Origin: an uncultured Actinomycetes bacterium
GTDB taxonomy: Bacteria > Actinomycetota > Thermoleophilia > Gaiellales > F1-60-MAGs149
Direction of reading: 5' to 3'
NCBI GenBank assembly: GCA_963732645.1
Contig: CAVTAC010000002.1
Span: 70,773-134,772, forward strand
Length of the DNA: 64,000 nt
Under the pieces are notes generated by a model. It saw only the letters and a list, made by a program, of their open reading frames with translations. It did not search any database and was not told the DNA's origin. Each line of letters begins with the position of its first letter. Position 1 is the stretch's first letter. Positions 9,616 to 20,819 of the stretch are shown here, piece after piece. Position numbers and translations under genes: made by a program.

Positions 9616-10323
9616 ATGGAAGCAAGCGCACTGGTGACGGGCGGCGCGTCGGGCCTCGGAGCCGCCACGGCGGCCCGCCTGGCGGCCGAGGGACTGGCGG
9701 TGACGCGTCTCGACCGCGCCGCCGGGGACGGCGTGTTCGCGGGCGACGTGACGCAGCCCGACGACCTGACGGCGGCGATCGCGGCAGCGACGGCAACGGC
9801 GCCGCTGCGCGTGTGCGTCACCTGCGCGGGCGTCGGCACCGTCGGCCGCGTGATCGGGCACGACGACGACGCGTTCCGGCGCACGATCGAGGTGAACCTG
9901 ATCGGCACGTTCAACACGCTGCGCGCCGCCGCGACGGCGATGGCCGGCAACGAGCCGGACGCCGAGGGCCAGCGCGGCGTGATCGTGCTGACGGCCTCGA
10001 TCGCGGCGTTCGAGGGCCAGATCGGGCAGATCGCCTACAGCGCGTCGAAGGGCGGCGTGGCGGGCATGGTGCTGCCGGCCGCGCGGGATCTCGCGCGGAG
10101 CGGCATCCGCGTCGCCGGCATTGCGCCGGGCCTCTTCGACACGCCGCTGCTGGCCGGTCTGCCGGAGCCCGCCCGCCTCGCGCTCGGCGCCTCGGTGCCG
10201 AACCCGCCCCGGCTCGGTCGTCCGGACGAGTTCGCCGACCTGGTGTGGGCGATCGTCCGCAACCCGATGGTGAACGGCGAGACGATCCGCATCGACGGCG
10301 GCCTGCGGATGGCGCCGCGCTGA
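9616..10323 (+). CDS. SDR, 3-hydroxyacyl-CoA dehydrogenase type 2 (HSD17B10-like)
   Basis: TGGASGLG, TASIAAFEGQIGQIAYSASKGG, NGETIRIDGGLRM. Confidence 0.92.
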   Translation: MEASALVTGGASGLGAATAARLAAEGLAVTRLDRAAGDGVFAGDVTQPDDLTAAIAAATATAPLRVCVTCAGVGTVGRVIGHDDDAFRRTIEVNLIGTFNTLRAAATAMAGNEPDAEGQRGVIVLTASIAAFEGQIGQIAYSASKGGVAGMVLPAARDLARSGIRVAGIAPGLFDTPLLAGLPEPARLALGASVPNPPRLGRPDEFADLVWAIVRNPMVNGETIRIDGGLRMAPR

Positions 10324-11087
10324 TGGATCCACTGGGCCGGCTCCGCCCGCCCCGGCCCGGACGCCCGGCGTACCGCCAGATCGAGCTGCAGCTGCTCGAC
10401 CTGATCGCCGAGGGTGCGCTCGTCCCCGGTGACCGCGTGCCGGCGGAACGCGACCTCGCGGCCCGCCTCGCGGTCTCGCGCATGACGTTGCGCCAGGCGC
10501 TGGACGGGCTGGTGCGGCGCGGCCTGCTGGAACGCCGCGGTGGCGCCGGCACGTTCGTCGCCGCCCGCAAGGTCGAGCAGGACCTGCGCGTGCTGCGCTC
10601 CTATCCCGACGAGCTGCGCGGCCAGGGCGTCGACGCGACGACCGCCGTGCTGCGCCTCCAGACCGTGCCGGCGCCGTCGCAGGTGGCCGCGGCGCTGGGC
10701 CTGGATCGCGGCGCGCCCGTGCACCAGATCGAGCGGCTGCGCAGCGCCGCCGGGGCGCCGCTGCTGGCCGAGACCGTGTGGCTGCCGGCCGGCGTGCTGC
10801 CCGACCTGGAGACGGCGCCGCTCGACGGGTCGCTGTGGGACGCGCTGGCCGCCGCGGGCCATCCCGTGGCGCGCGCCGTGGAACGTCTCGAGCCCGTCGT
10901 GGCCGGGGCCCACGAGGCACGCCAGCTCGGCGTCGAGCCGGGCGCGCCGCTGATGCTGGTCGAGCGCACCAGCTTCGACCGCGACGACGTCGCCGTGGAG
11001 CACGCCGTCGGCACGTTCCGCGGCGACCGGACGAGCTTCGTGGTCGAGGTCTCCGGCGCGCCGGATCCGACCGATCGGCCACACTAG
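10323..11087 (+). CDS. GntR/HutC-family transcriptional regulator (UTRA domain)
   Basis: PGDRVPAERDLAARLAVSRMTLRQAL..GAGTFV; C-terminal UTRA (FRGDR). Confidence 0.9.
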   Translation: MDPLGRLRPPRPGRPAYRQIELQLLDLIAEGALVPGDRVPAERDLAARLAVSRMTLRQALDGLVRRGLLERRGGAGTFVAARKVEQDLRVLRSYPDELRGQGVDATTAVLRLQTVPAPSQVAAALGLDRGAPVHQIERLRSAAGAPLLAETVWLPAGVLPDLETAPLDGSLWDALAAAGHPVARAVERLEPVVAGAHEARQLGVEPGAPLMLVERTSFDRDDVAVEHAVGTFRGDRTSFVVEVSGAPDPTDRPH

Positions 11088-11091
11088 CGCC

Positions 11092-12314
11092 GTGCGCGTC
11101 GCGATCACCGGCATCGGCGTCATCGGCCCCCACGGGGTCGGCACCGATCGCTTCTGGCAGGCCCTCTGCGAGGGCCGCTCCGGCATCCGTCGCCTGGAGT
11201 CGCCGGCCCTGCAGGGCATGGAGGCGACGGCCGGCGGCGAGATCCCCGATTTCGAGCCCACCGCGTTCATGGAGAAGCGCGTGGCGCGCCGCATGGGCCG
11301 CTTCGCGCAGCTCGCCGTCGGCGCCTCGGTGCTGGCACTGCAGGATGCCGACCTGGGCGAGCTGGAACCCGAGCGCACCGGCATCACGGTGCACACGGGC
11401 GCAGGCGGCATCATCGAGGGCGACCGCGAGCTGCTGGCCCGCGCCGACGCGCCCGGCCGCATCGGGCCGCTCTACGTGCCGCAGCTGTCGGCGAACATGG
11501 GCGCGGCCAACGTCGCGATCCACCTCGGCGTCACGGGACCGGTGACGGCCGGTGTGGGAGCGTGCGCCGCCGGTGCGATCGGCGTCGCCGAGGGCTTTCA
11601 CCTGCTGCGCCGCGGCGAGGTGGACGTCGTGCTCGCCGGGGCCACCGACGCCGCCCTGACGGCGCCGCTGGTGGCCTCGCTGTCGAACGCGGGCGCGCTG
11701 TCGACCGCGACCGGCGACCCGGCCACGATCTCGCGCCCGTTCGACCTGCACCGCACGGGCTTCGTGCCCAGCGAGGGTGCGGCGATGATGGTGCTCGAGC
11801 CGCTCGACCGCGCGCTGGAGCGCGGCGCGACCGTGTACTGCGAGATCGGCGGCGCGGCCATCGGCAGCGACGCCTTCCACATCACGTCGCCCGAGCCGAC
11901 CGGCGCCGGTGCCGAGCGCGCCATGCGCCAGGCGCTCGTGCACAGCCGGCGTCGCGGCCGCGCGACATCGACTGCATCATCGCCCACGGCACCGGGCACG
12001 AAGCTCAACGACGCCGCCGAGGCGGCCGCGATCCTGCGCGTCTTCGGCGGATCGCCGGGTGCCCGTGACGGCCCCGAAGTCCGTCGTCGGCCACACCCTC
12101 GGCGCCGCGGGCGCGTTCAGCGTCGCCGTCGGTGCGCTCGCCGTGCGGCACGGGCTGATCCCGCCCAGCATCAACTACGACACGCCCGACCCCGACTGCC
12201 CGCTCGACATCGTCCACGGCGCGCCGCGGCAGGTGCCGGTGCGGCGCCACGATCATCAACGCCTTCGGGTTCGGCGGTCAGAACGCCGTCGTCGTGCTGC
12301 GGGACGCCCGCTGA
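11092..12314 (+). CDS. fabF: Beta-ketoacyl synthase II-like protein (frameshifts near 11950-12250)
   Basis: RVAITGIG, GACAAG (catalytic Cys), SRPFD..RTGFV, AHGTGT, KSVVGHTLGAAG, NAFGFGGQNA. Confidence 0.85.
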
Positions 12315-13626
12315 TGCCGGTTCCCGTCGTCGTCCTGGCCGAGCTCGACGATCGTGCCCGCGCGGCGCTCGGCAACCGCGCGGAGGGCCTGCGCGACGAC
12401 GCCACCGCGGCCGTGCTGCCCGTGCTGGAGCGGATTCGCCGCGACGGCGACGCCGCCGTGCTGGAGTTCCTGCGCGACGTCGACGGCGTCGAGCTGACTG
12501 CCGACCAGCTGATCGTCGACGAGGCCACCATCGCCGCCGCCGCCGCCTCGGTGCCGGCCGACCTGGTCGAGGCGATGGCCCACACGGTGCGCAACCTCGA
12601 GCGCTACCACCGCGCGCAGCTGATCGAGGAGTTCGCGATCGAGGTGGAGCCCGGTGTGACCGTCGGCGAGCGGTTCCCGGCCGTCCGCGCCGCCGGCTGC
12701 TACGTGCCCTTCGGCACGGCCATCTACCCGTCCAGCGCGCTGATGCTGACCACGCCGGCTCGGGTCGCGGGCGTCGAGCGGATCGTGCTCGCGAGCGGCG
12801 TGGATCCATCGACCGGCGAGATCCCGGCGGCCGTGATCGCCGCCGCCGCGCTGGGCGGCGCGACCGAGATCTGGCGCCTGTCCGGGACTGCCGCCGTGGC
12901 CGCGTGGGCCTACGGCACCGAGACGCTGCGGCCGGTCGACGTCATCGCCGGCCCCGGCGGCCCGTACGTCGCGGCCGCCAAGGACCTCGTCCGGCATCGC
13001 GTCGGCGTCGACTTCGAGGCCGGCCCGAGCGAGGTGCTCGTGCTGGCGCTCGACGACTTCGACCCCGATCTGGCCGCCGCCGACCTGATCTCGGAGGGCG
13101 AGCACGGCGACACGTCGTGCGGCCTGGTGGTCACCACCGATCCCGAGCGCGCGGCGCAGCGTGGCCGAGCGGCTCGACGTCCGGCTCGCGGCGCTGCCCG
13201 CCGAGCGCCGCGACGCCGTGCTGGTGCAGGCCGCCGAAGGGCGCAGCGCGATCGTGCTGGTGCCCGACAACCAGGCGGCGATCGCGTTCTGCGAGGAGGT
13301 CGCGCCGGAGCACGTGATCGTCCACGCCACCGATCCCGACGCGGTCGCGCGGCGAGCTGCGCTGCGCCGGAACGGTCTGCATCGGCGCGTTCACGCCGTC
13401 GCCTGCCGGCTCCTACGTGGCCGGCACCAACCACGTGCTGCCCACCGGCGGCGCCGCCCGCCATTCGGCGGGCCTGTCGGTCGAGCACTTCACGCGCCGG
13501 CAGTCGTTCGAGCACATCACGCGCGAGGGTCTGGAGCGGCTGCGGCCCTCGATCGAGGCGTGGGCGACGCACGAAGGGCTGCCCGGGCACCTGGCGGCGA
13601 TCGACGCCCGCCTGCGCCCGGTATGA
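12314..13626 (+). CDS. Histidinol dehydrogenase family paralog (frameshifts near 13160 and 13360)
   Basis: GCYVP, YPSSALM, AGPSEVLV, APEH, GTNHVLPTGG, EGLPGH; several ligands differ from HisD. Confidence 0.85.
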
Positions 13627-13636
13627 TGCCTCCGCG

Positions 13637-14131
13637 GTGCAGCGGATGACGATCTACGGCGTGTCGTTCGATCTCGTCGGGAAGCAACCGATCGTCCTGC
13701 TGAAGACCGCGGACGGCAACCGGTTCCTCCCGATCTGGATCGGGCACCCGGAGGCGGCGGCGATCCTGCAGCGCCTCCAGGGCGACGAGGTGCCGCGGCC
13801 GATGACGCACGACCTGTTCGTCAACATCCTCGGCGAGCTGCAGGCGGAGGTCGTGCAGATCGCCGTCACCGAGCTGCGCGACAACACCTTCTACGCGCGC
13901 ATCACGCTGCGCCGCAACGGCACGACGCTCGAGATCGACTCGCGGCCGAGCGACGCGATCGCCCTCGCCGTGCGCTGCGAGGCGCCCATCTTCGCCGCCG
14001 ACGACGTGATCGAGTCGAGCGCGATCGAGATGGAGGACGAGGAGGCGGCCGGCGCCGCCGATCCCGAGACCCAGATCGAGGAGTTCAAGGCCTTCCTCGA
14101 CGACGTGCGGCCCGACGACTTCGCCGGGTAG
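13637..14131 (+). CDS. Bifunctional nuclease family protein (DUF151)
   Basis: PIVLL..LPIWIG..EA, RPMTHDL, FYARI, IDSRPSDAIALA. Confidence 0.93.
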   Translation: MQRMTIYGVSFDLVGKQPIVLLKTADGNRFLPIWIGHPEAAAILQRLQGDEVPRPMTHDLFVNILGELQAEVVQIAVTELRDNTFYARITLRRNGTTLEIDSRPSDAIALAVRCEAPIFAADDVIESSAIEMEDEEAAGAADPETQIEEFKAFLDDVRPDDFAG

Positions 14132-14137
14132 CGGTCT

Positions 14138-14434
14138 CTACCAGCCCTGACCGCGCAGGCGCCGCACCTCGGCCAGCGTCAGCGACAGCACGGCGGCGAC
14201 CACGTCGGGCACCGCCTCGTCGGCCAGCGGGCCCTCGTTCGTCTCCTGCAGCGCCGCCACGATCGCGGCCTCGCGGGACGGGTCGGACAGGCTGTAGCCG
14301 TTCGCCGTCTTGTGGTCGTGCAGGCGGCGCACGGCGTCGATGCGGCGGTTCAGCGCCGCCAGCACGTCGCGGTCGGCGGCGTCGATGGCGGCGCGCAGCT
14401 CGCGAACGACCGGATCGTCTCCCTGGCCTGGCAT
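14138..14434 (-). CDS. Chorismate mutase type II (AroQ-like)
   Basis: LRAAIDAADRDVLAALNRR..K, DPSRE. Confidence 0.8.
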   Translation of the reverse strand: MPGQGDDPVVRELRAAIDAADRDVLAALNRRIDAVRRLHDHKTANGYSLSDPSREAAIVAALQETNEGPLADEAVPDVVAAVLSLTLAEVRRLRGQGW

Positions 14435-14466
14435 CGGGCGCCAGTCTAGAGGCTTGACTGGCGCGT

Positions 14467-15151
14467 CTACGGCCAGTGCGATGGCGACGGCGATCGCCAC
14501 GCCGTTGTTGAGCGCGTGGGCGATCGACTCCCGGGACGATCGAGTTCGTCCGCGACCGGATCAGGCCCAGGAGCAGGCCGTAGACCGACGAGCACGGGAA
14601 TCGCGGCGGGCACGAAGTGGACGGCCCGCGAACAGCGCCGCCGTGCACGACGACCGCGACGGGCTGCCCGAACACGCCCAGCGCGCCCTGCAGGAGCCCG
14701 CGGAAGTAGAGCTCCTCGGCGATCGGCCCGGCCACGGCCACGCCGAGGAACGCGAGCGCGAGGCCGGCCGTGGCCGCCGCACCGCCGGGGAACGGGCCGG
14801 GGTCGATGTCCTGGGCCGCACGCCGTGGAAGATCGGCTCGAGCAGCCAGGCTCGCGACGAGCGGCGGCCGCCGAAGGTGGCGACGACGATGCCGGCGGTC
14901 CGGCCGACGGGCGTCCGCCGCAGCGCGAGCCGCGTCGCGGGGGTCGCCGTACCGGTTGCGCGACCACCACGGTGGCGCCGACGAGCGCCGCGTAGCTGCC
15001 GAGCACCACGACGCCGAAGCGGACGCTGTAGAAGCCGCCGTCGTCGGCGGCCGGCGGCTGGAGCACCAGCGCCGAGCACCGCGATCGCGACGAACTGCAC
15101 GAAGAACGGGGCCGCGACGAGCAGCCACGGGATGCGGCGTTCAGGCTGCAT
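14467..15151 (-). CDS. CPBP/CAAX-family intramembrane metalloprotease (several frameshifts)
   Basis: GPIAEELYFRG; FAAVH-like and HALNN-like motifs in shifted frames; hydrophobic. Confidence 0.8.
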
Positions 15152-15843
15152 GGTCGAGGTCGAGGAGCGCGGGGAGCTCGAGCAGGGTGGCGATGCGGGG
15201 CCGGCGCGTCGCGACCGTGCCCTCGCGCACCAGATGGACGGCGTGCAGGTGGGCGGCGCGGGCCCCGTCGACGTCGCCCTCGGCGTCGTCGCCGACGTGC
15301 AGCATGCGGTGCGGCCGGGCGCCGAGCAGCTCGCCGGCCCGCTCGAAGATGCGCGGCGTCCGGCTTCGACGAGCCCGCCTCGGCGGAGGTCACGACCGCG
15401 TCGACCAGCGGCGCCAGGCCGAGCCGCGCGAGCACGTCGTGCAGCGACACGTCCCAGTTCGAGACGACGCCGATCGCGAGGCCCGCGGCGCGCAGGCGCT
15501 CCATCACGTCGGCCGTGTCCGGGAAGGCGGTGTACGCGACCGCGTCGGTGAGGCACGGCAGCAGCGCGCCGGCGTCGAGCCCGACCTGGAGCGCCTCGGC
15601 GAGCACGCCGGCGCACTCCAGGCGGACGGCCGCGAGCGCCTCCCGCGTGCCGGCGCGGTGGCTGATCGCGCGGTAGTGCCGGATCTCGGCCTGCATCGCC
15701 ACGTGGCAGCGGTCGAGCGAGACCTCGACGTCGTGGTGGTGGCGCAGCGCGCGCTGCAGGCGCGGCACCGGGTCGGCCAGCGTCAGGATCGTGCCCATCG
15801 CGTCGAACGTGACCGCGTCGAGGTCGCTGCGACGGGGTGTCAC
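15141..15843 (-). CDS. HAD-superfamily hydrolase (frameshift near 15350)
   Basis: VTFDAMGTI, VVSNWD, SKPD, LHVGDD..GDVDGA. Confidence 0.85.
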
Positions 15844-16618
15844 GTGGCCGGGTGCAGCGCCGTGACCAGGGCGGCGAGCCGGGCGGGGAGCTCGGGCGAC
15901 GGCGTGAACATGGCTGGATCCACGATCTGGAACCGCTTCTGGCGAGACGGCGCCGACGCGCTTCAGCTCGTCCAGCTTGCGCAGCGACGACAGCGTGCGC
16001 GGCGTGCCGGGCGTCACCAGCCAGACGTCCGGCTTGTCGCGGGCGGCGGCGGCGAGGGTGGAGAACCCGACGGCGGTGGAGTTGAGGCGCTGCACGAGGC
16101 CGGCGAGGGAGCGCGCGGCGGTGCCCTCGACGAGCACCTTGGTCGGCGTCTCGCCGGCGGCGCGCGCGAGCGACTCCTTGACGCCCTCGTCGACCGTCCG
16201 CGCCAGCTTCACGCCCTCGGCGGGCTTGCCGGCGGCCAGCGCGAGCCGCGCGATCAGGTCGCCGGCGACCGTCGGGTCGGTCAGCGTCCAGCGCAGCACC
16301 GGCACGCCCGCGGGCGTCTCGACGCCCGGCGCGAGCACGGCCATGCGCGGCAGCGGCGTCGCCGTCAGGCGCGTCGCGACGTCGTCGACCGGGATCAGCT
16401 CGACGGGCGCGCCGAGCGCCCGCAGCGTCGCGGCGGCGCCGGCGTCGGTGGTGATCGTCGGCCCGTCGCTGGGACGCACGCGCGCCGGTGCCGCCGGCGC
16501 CGTCGGGCACGGTCACGACGGCGTCGGGCACGGTGGCGATCGGCTCGCTGCGGGCGCCGCAACCCGCGCCGAGGAGTGCGATCGCCGCCAGGGGAACGAT
16601 GTACGGGCGGCCGACCAT
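15840..16618 (-). CDS. Lipoprotein, degenerate helical-backbone (BtuF-like) substrate-binding protein (frameshifts)
   Basis: Lipobox LLGAGC, then VTVPDGAG typical of metal/siderophore-binding proteins; divergent. Confidence 0.55.
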
Positions 16619-16678
16619 TCGGCGCCCATGATAGTCCGGGGCAGGGGCGCGCCCGCCGACCGCGAAAGCGGGGGTTCG

Positions 16679-17458
16679 ATGGAACGAAGGCCGCCTGATC
16701 ACGATCGGGATCGTCGTGGTGCTCGTCGTCGTCGCTGTCCTGGCTCTCGGAGCGCTGGTTCCGGTCGCAGGAGCGGCGCCTGGCCGAGAACTACCGCGGC
16801 GACTTCGCGAGCGCCAAGACGCGCTTCCGGCTGATCCGCCGCGTCGTCGTCGCCATCGTCGTCCTGGTCGGGGTGTTGGCAGCTCTGACAACGATCCCGG
16901 CGACGCAGGAGCTCGCGCGGGCGCTGCTCGCGTCGGGCGCCGTCGCCGCGGTCGTGGCGGGCTTCGCGCTGCGCACGCCGCTCGGCAACGTGGCCGCCGG
17001 CCTCCAGATCGCCTTCACCCAGCCGTTCCGGCTCGGCGACCGGATCGACGCGAACACCTGCAGCGGAGTGGTTGAAGAGATCAAACTGTCGTATACCGTG
17101 CTGCGGACGGACGATGGCCGGCGGGCCTACCTTCCGAACGAGCAACTGATCGCCACGCCCATCGTGAACGCGACCATCGAAGACCCCACCCGTGCGCAGA
17201 CCGTCACCGTCCCGGTCGCGCCCGGCGCCGATCTGACGCGCGCCCGCGCCGTGCTGCAGGAGGTCGCGGACGCCGTCCCCGGCCGCGTCGCGGCGCCGGC
17301 GCCGACCGTCCGCATCACCGACGTCACCGCGCACGTTCGCGACCTTCTCGGTGACTGCCTGGGTGGCCGACGGCGGCACCGCGTTCGAGGTCTCGTCCGA
17401 CCTGCGCGAGCGCGCCGCCGCGGCGCTGCGCGCCGAGGGGATGCTGGCCGGTGCCTGA
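16679..17458 (+). CDS. Small-conductance mechanosensitive channel MscS family (frameshifts)
   Basis: GFALRTPLGNVAAG..QPFRLGDRI, GVVEEIKLSYT, YLPNEQL. Confidence 0.85.
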
Positions 17459-19607
17459 GATGGAGGGCCGCAAGGGCGCCTCGCGCCGGCATCCGGCGCT
17501 CGCAGCGCGGCCGGCGCACACGCTCCAGCGCGGTCGTCAGCGCGATCCTCGTGACGGTGCTGGTGCTGTTCGTCAGCGTCGTCGTGGTCGCGGCCGTCGG
17601 CGCGTCGAACTACTACGACGGGCTCACGCACCTGGACGAGCTGCAGCAGGTGCCGCAGGGCCAGAACTCCGCCATCTACGCGCGCGACGGCAGCCGCCTG
17701 ACCGTGATCGCGAGCGACAAGAACCGCCGCTACGTCTCGCTCGACCGCATCTCGCCGTGGCTGCCGGCCGCGACCATCGCGATCGAGGACCGGCGCTTCT
17801 ACGAGCACCACGGCGTCGACTGGAAGGCCGTCGGCCGCGCCGCCGTCAAGAACCTCGAGGCCGGGCGTGTGGCCGAGGGCGGCTCGACGCTGACCCAGCA
17901 GCTGGTGCGGAACATCTACCCGCAGATCACCAACGAGGTCACGCTGAAGCGCAAGCTGAACGAGGCGCTGGTCGCGCGCGAGCTCGAGGAGCAGCGCCCC
18001 AAGAAGTGGATCCTCGAGCAGTACCTGAACACCGTTCCGTACGGGCACAGCGCGTACGGCGCCGAGGCGGCCGCGCAGATCTACTTCTCGAAGAGCGCCA
18101 AGGATCTGACGATCGCCCAGGCGGCGCTGCTGGCCGGCCTGCCGCAGGGTCCGAGCCGCTACGACCCGTTCGTGCACGCGAAGGCCGCCAAGGTCCGGCG
18201 CGCCGAGGTGCTGCAGGCGATGCTCGACCAGGGCGTCATCACGCAGGCCGAGTACGACGAAGGCGGCGGCCTCGAAGCTGGGCCTGAAGCGCGGCGACCT
18301 GTTCGGCCGCACGACGGAGCCCTACGTCGAGCAGTACGTGCGCTCGCAGCTCGAGAGCGACACCGAGTTCGGCTCGCAGGCGGTGCTGGGCGGCGGCCTG
18401 AAGGTGACCACCACCATCGACCCCGCCATGCAGAAGCTCGCGTACAACGCGATGCGCAACGTCCTGAAGCTGCCGCCGTGCCCGAAGCGCGCCGAAGCCG
18501 TCGTGCGACCCGGCCGCGGCGCTCGTGTCGATCCGCCCGTCGACCGGTGAGATCGTCGCGATGGCCTCCACGTCGAAGTTCAAGAACACGCAGTTCAACT
18601 TCGCGCAGGGCCAGCGCCAGCCCGGCTCGACGTTCAAGCCGTTCACGCTCGCCGCGGCGATCGAGGCGGGCATCAACCCGGCCACCACCTACTACCAGTC
18701 GGCGCCGTTCACCATCGACAAGACGACCAGTGGGGCCAGATCTACGGCCCGTGGAAGGTGCACACGGCCGACAGCGGCTACAAGGGCCGCATCTCGCTGG
18801 AGCGCGCGACGCTGGCGTCGGACAACACCGTCTACGCGCAGCTGATCCTCGACGTCGGGCCGGAAGAGGTCAAGGACGTCGCCCAGCGGATGGGCATCAA
18901 CCAGTCGACCGCTGCAGGCGGTGCCGTCGCTGACGCTCGGCTCGAACTCCGTCACGCCGCTCGAGATGGCCTCGGCCTACGCCTCGTTCGCCGCCGGCGG
19001 CGTCTACCGCAAGCCGCGCATCATCTCGAAGATCACGTTCGCCGGCTCGGACCGGGTCGTGAAGGTGAAGTCGAAGGGCAAGCGCGTGATGGCCGACGGC
19101 GTCGCCGCCGAGGTCACCCGCATCCTGGGCATGAACATGCGCGGCGGCACGGGCACCCGGGCGCGGACGTCGGACGACCGTCCGCAGGCCGGCAAGACGG
19201 GCACCACCGACAACGTCACGCGACGCCTGGTTCTGCGGCTACACGCCCGATCTCGCGACCTGCGTCTGGATCGGCTACCCGGTCTCGGAGAAGTATCTCG
19301 CTGCACAACGTCGAGGGTGTCGGCGACGGTCTACGGCGGCACGCTGCCCGCCGCCATCTGGCACGGCTTCATGGACGCCGCGCTGAGCAAGGTGTCGCCG
19401 CACGACTTCCCGGAGCCCAAGAACCCGCCGACCTTCATCTCGAACTTCCGCTCCGAGTTCACCGAGCGCGCCGTCGTGGTGGTGCCGCCGGTGACCGACG
19501 ACAAGACCCGAAGAAGGGCGACAAGGGCCGTGACGGCGGCGCCGCCGGTGGCGGCGGTGCCGCTGAGCGACGGCAACGAGCGCGCGCTCAGCCGGGCGGG
19601 ATCGTGA
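17451..19607 (+). CDS. Class A penicillin-binding protein (PBP1A-like; several frameshifts)
   Basis: IEDRRFYEHHGVD, GGSTLTQQLVRN, RQPGSTFKPF (SxxK), SDN, GKTGT. Confidence 0.92.
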
Positions 19608-20775
19608 CCGTGACCGGCACCGTGATGGTCGCCGTCGTGGCGTCCGGGAAGGTGACGGTGGTCTCGGCGGTGGTGAACACCGTGCTGCCCGGGAACGGCG
19701 CGCCGCGCTCGGTGACGGTCTGGAAGACCGTGCTGACCTCGCCCGGCAGCGTCTCGGTGACGGTCGACTCGAAGGTCGGGACGACGGGCACGGTGGCCGG
19801 CGTCGAGACCGTGCCCGGCAGCGGTCAGCGTGTCGGTCGTGACGCTCGCGCCGCGTCGTGCCGGTGCCGACCGTGACGGTGGTCGCGGCCTTGTCGTCGT
19901 CGTCGTCGTGCGTGACGGCGAACGCGGCGCCGACGCCGAGCAGCGCGATCACGGCGAGGCCGGTCGCGAGGGCGAAGTCGCTGGTGCTGCGCGCCATCGG
20001 GCGCGCCGCCGGCCGGGCGGTGGGCGAGCACGACCGCGCGGTGGTCTCGGAGACCGGCTCGCCCGCGAGGTCGCGCAGGCGCATCGAGGCGGCGCGCGGC
20101 CGGCGGCGGCGGCCGCAGCTCGTCGTCGGACAGCAGCGACAGGATGAGGCCGTTCAGGGCCGGCTCGACGTCGGGCACGAGCTCGACGGGCGGCGTGGCG
20201 GGCGTGGCCGGCGCGCGGCCGCAGACGAGCACGTAGAGCAGGCGGCCGAGCTGGCGGAGGTCGTCGGTCGGCGTCGCGTCGGCGACGGCGCCGCCGAGCG
20301 CAGCGGCCTGCAGCATCTTGGCGCCGGCGCCGCCGAGGATGGCGCGGCCGGCGCTGTCGAGCACGACGGCCTCGCTGCCGATGGCGCCGTGCAGGAGGCG
20401 CGCGGCGTGCAGCGCGGCGATGGCGTCGGCGATGTCGGCGCCGACCAGCAGCGCCTGGCGACGGGGGACGGTGACGCCGGCGCCGAGGCGCGCGCCCTCG
20501 ATGTGCTGCTCGACGACGATCGCGTCGAGCTCGGGGTCGGCACCGGGCTCCGTCCACGCCAGGACCGGCGCGAGGCAGGGGTGCCGGACCGCCTGGTACC
20601 GGGCTGCGAGCTCGCCGAACGCAGCCGGGACGGTGCCGGCGCGGGCGAACCGCGCGACCTCGACCTGGGCGTCCGTGACCGTGTCCACCGCGAGGTCGCG
20701 GGGGACTCCACCGATGGGAGGAAGCGGCGCCGCGATCCGGTAGCGACCCGCGAGTACGTCAGGCTGACCGCTCAC
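19588..20775 (-). CDS. Membrane Hanks-type pseudokinase with Thr/Val/Pro-rich extracellular tail (frameshifts)
   Basis: LAGRYRI, HPCLAPV, LHAARLLHGAIGSEAVV, DDLRQLGRLLY; lacks Gly loop, VAVK Lys, HRD and DFG; one TM segment. Confidence 0.7.
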
Positions 20776-20819
20776 GACGAGGACCTTCCCCGCTGTATAG
20801 CATGATCCTTCTGACCGGC

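Noticed and set aside
16638-16700. GAAA-tetraloop hairpin (CCGC-GAAA-GCGG) upstream of mscS as a possible riboswitch (fluoride or c-di-GMP)
   Set aside because: Lacks the conserved core nucleotides of either class; a 4-bp stem is expected by chance at this GC content.
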